DNA of 7,220 nt, taken from a virus. Taxonomy: Duplodnaviria; Heunggongvirae; Uroviricota; Caudoviricetes. Each line of letters opens with the position of its first letter. Positions within the stretch are counted from its first letter, which is position 1. The notes below the pieces were generated by a model, which worked only from the letters and a program-made list of their open reading frames with translations, searched no databases and was not told the DNA's origin. The position numbers and the translations under genes were made by a program. Of this stretch, positions 6,940-7,220 are shown piece after piece. The stretch is from IMG/VR virus record IMGVR_UViG_2585427790_000002, one strand, 5' to 3'.

Positions 6940-7220
6940 TGAACCGCCCCGGGTTTCCTGGAGAGTGTTTTATCTGTGAACTCAGGCTGCCAGATCATCG
7001 TTTCCGATGGAAGCATAATAAGCTTTTTCTGCTTCTGCCGGAGGAGTATGGCCCAGCCTTTCCAGCAATCGTCGATTGTTATACCAGTCCACCCACGTGA
7101 GTGTGGCCAGTTCCACTTCTGCACGGTTTTTCCAGCTCTTACGGTGTATTACCTCCGCTTTGTAAAGACCATTGATGCTCTCCGCCATCGCGTTGTCATA
7201 CGAGTCGCCTGTACTTCCTG
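6940..7220 (-). mobile_element. Right end of an IS3-family insertion sequence (IS629/IS3411-like terminal inverted repeat); element continues beyond the window
   Basis: Terminal sequence TGAACCGCCCCGGGTTTCCTGGAGAGTG starting at 6940 (5'-TG end typical of IS3 family; matches my recollection of the IS629 inverted repeat). It abuts the truncated ninB-like gene and lies 42 bp beyond the transposase stop. Confidence 0.75.
6982..7220 (-). CDS. IS3-family transposase OrfB (DDE integrase core), C-terminal fragment; N-terminus outside the window
   Basis: The frame is open from the window edge: ...GSTGDSYDNAMAESINGLYKAEVIHRKSWKNRAEVELATLTWVDWYNNRRLLERLGHTPPAEAEKAYY..., a typical rve-domain C-terminus (YDNA...ES.NG motif region). 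Confidence 0.85.
   Translation of the reverse strand, partial: GSTGDSYDNAMAESINGLYKAEVIHRKSWKNRAEVELATLTWVDWYNNRRLLERLGHTPPAEAEKAYYASIGNDDLAA

Noticed and set aside
6870-7124. Minus-strand ORF of 84 aa
   Set aside because: Alternative frame overlapping the IS terminus and the transposase C-terminus. The transposase frame carries the recognisable motifs; this one does not.
1-7220. CRISPR arrays, tRNA/rRNA genes, integrase or attachment site
   Set aside because: No spaced direct-repeat array was seen and no tRNA-like or rRNA-like segment recognised by eye. The window covers only the late/right arm, so int/att would lie elsewhere. A tRNA scan was not possible and would be the decisive check.

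Overview
This window is the right arm of a lambdoid prophage of the lambda/DLP12 type (E. coli-like), lying in reverse orientation to the usual lambda map. All identifications rest on reading the ORF translations and the sequence by eye and on recalled family knowledge; no database search was run. From left to right: a cos site matching my recollection of lambda cos over about 50 bp (1-50); three small accessory genes (ylcI +, ybcW -, ybcV +); the bor lipoprotein gene (+); a phage-21-type lysis cassette on the minus strand (Rz/Rz1 spanins, SAR endolysin, dual-start pinholin); an AT-rich 540-bp non-coding block; an apparently intact nmpC/Lc-type porin gene (+) antisense to the late operon; the Q-nmpC intergenic region with hairpins; then on the minus strand the 82-type Q antiterminator, ylcG, rusA, ybcO, ninE and a ninB-family gene whose 5' end is cut by an IS3-family element (IS629-like end, transposase C-terminus at 6982-7220). 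No rRNA, tRNA or CRISPR array was seen. I did not find an undescribed system: the architecture is a known prophage late region. The points most worth follow-up are the IS insertion co-oriented upstream of rusA and Q, the antisense porin gene with OmpR-box-like upstream sequences, a predicted ribbon-helix-helix fold in YlcI, and the terminator arrangement between Q and the porin gene.
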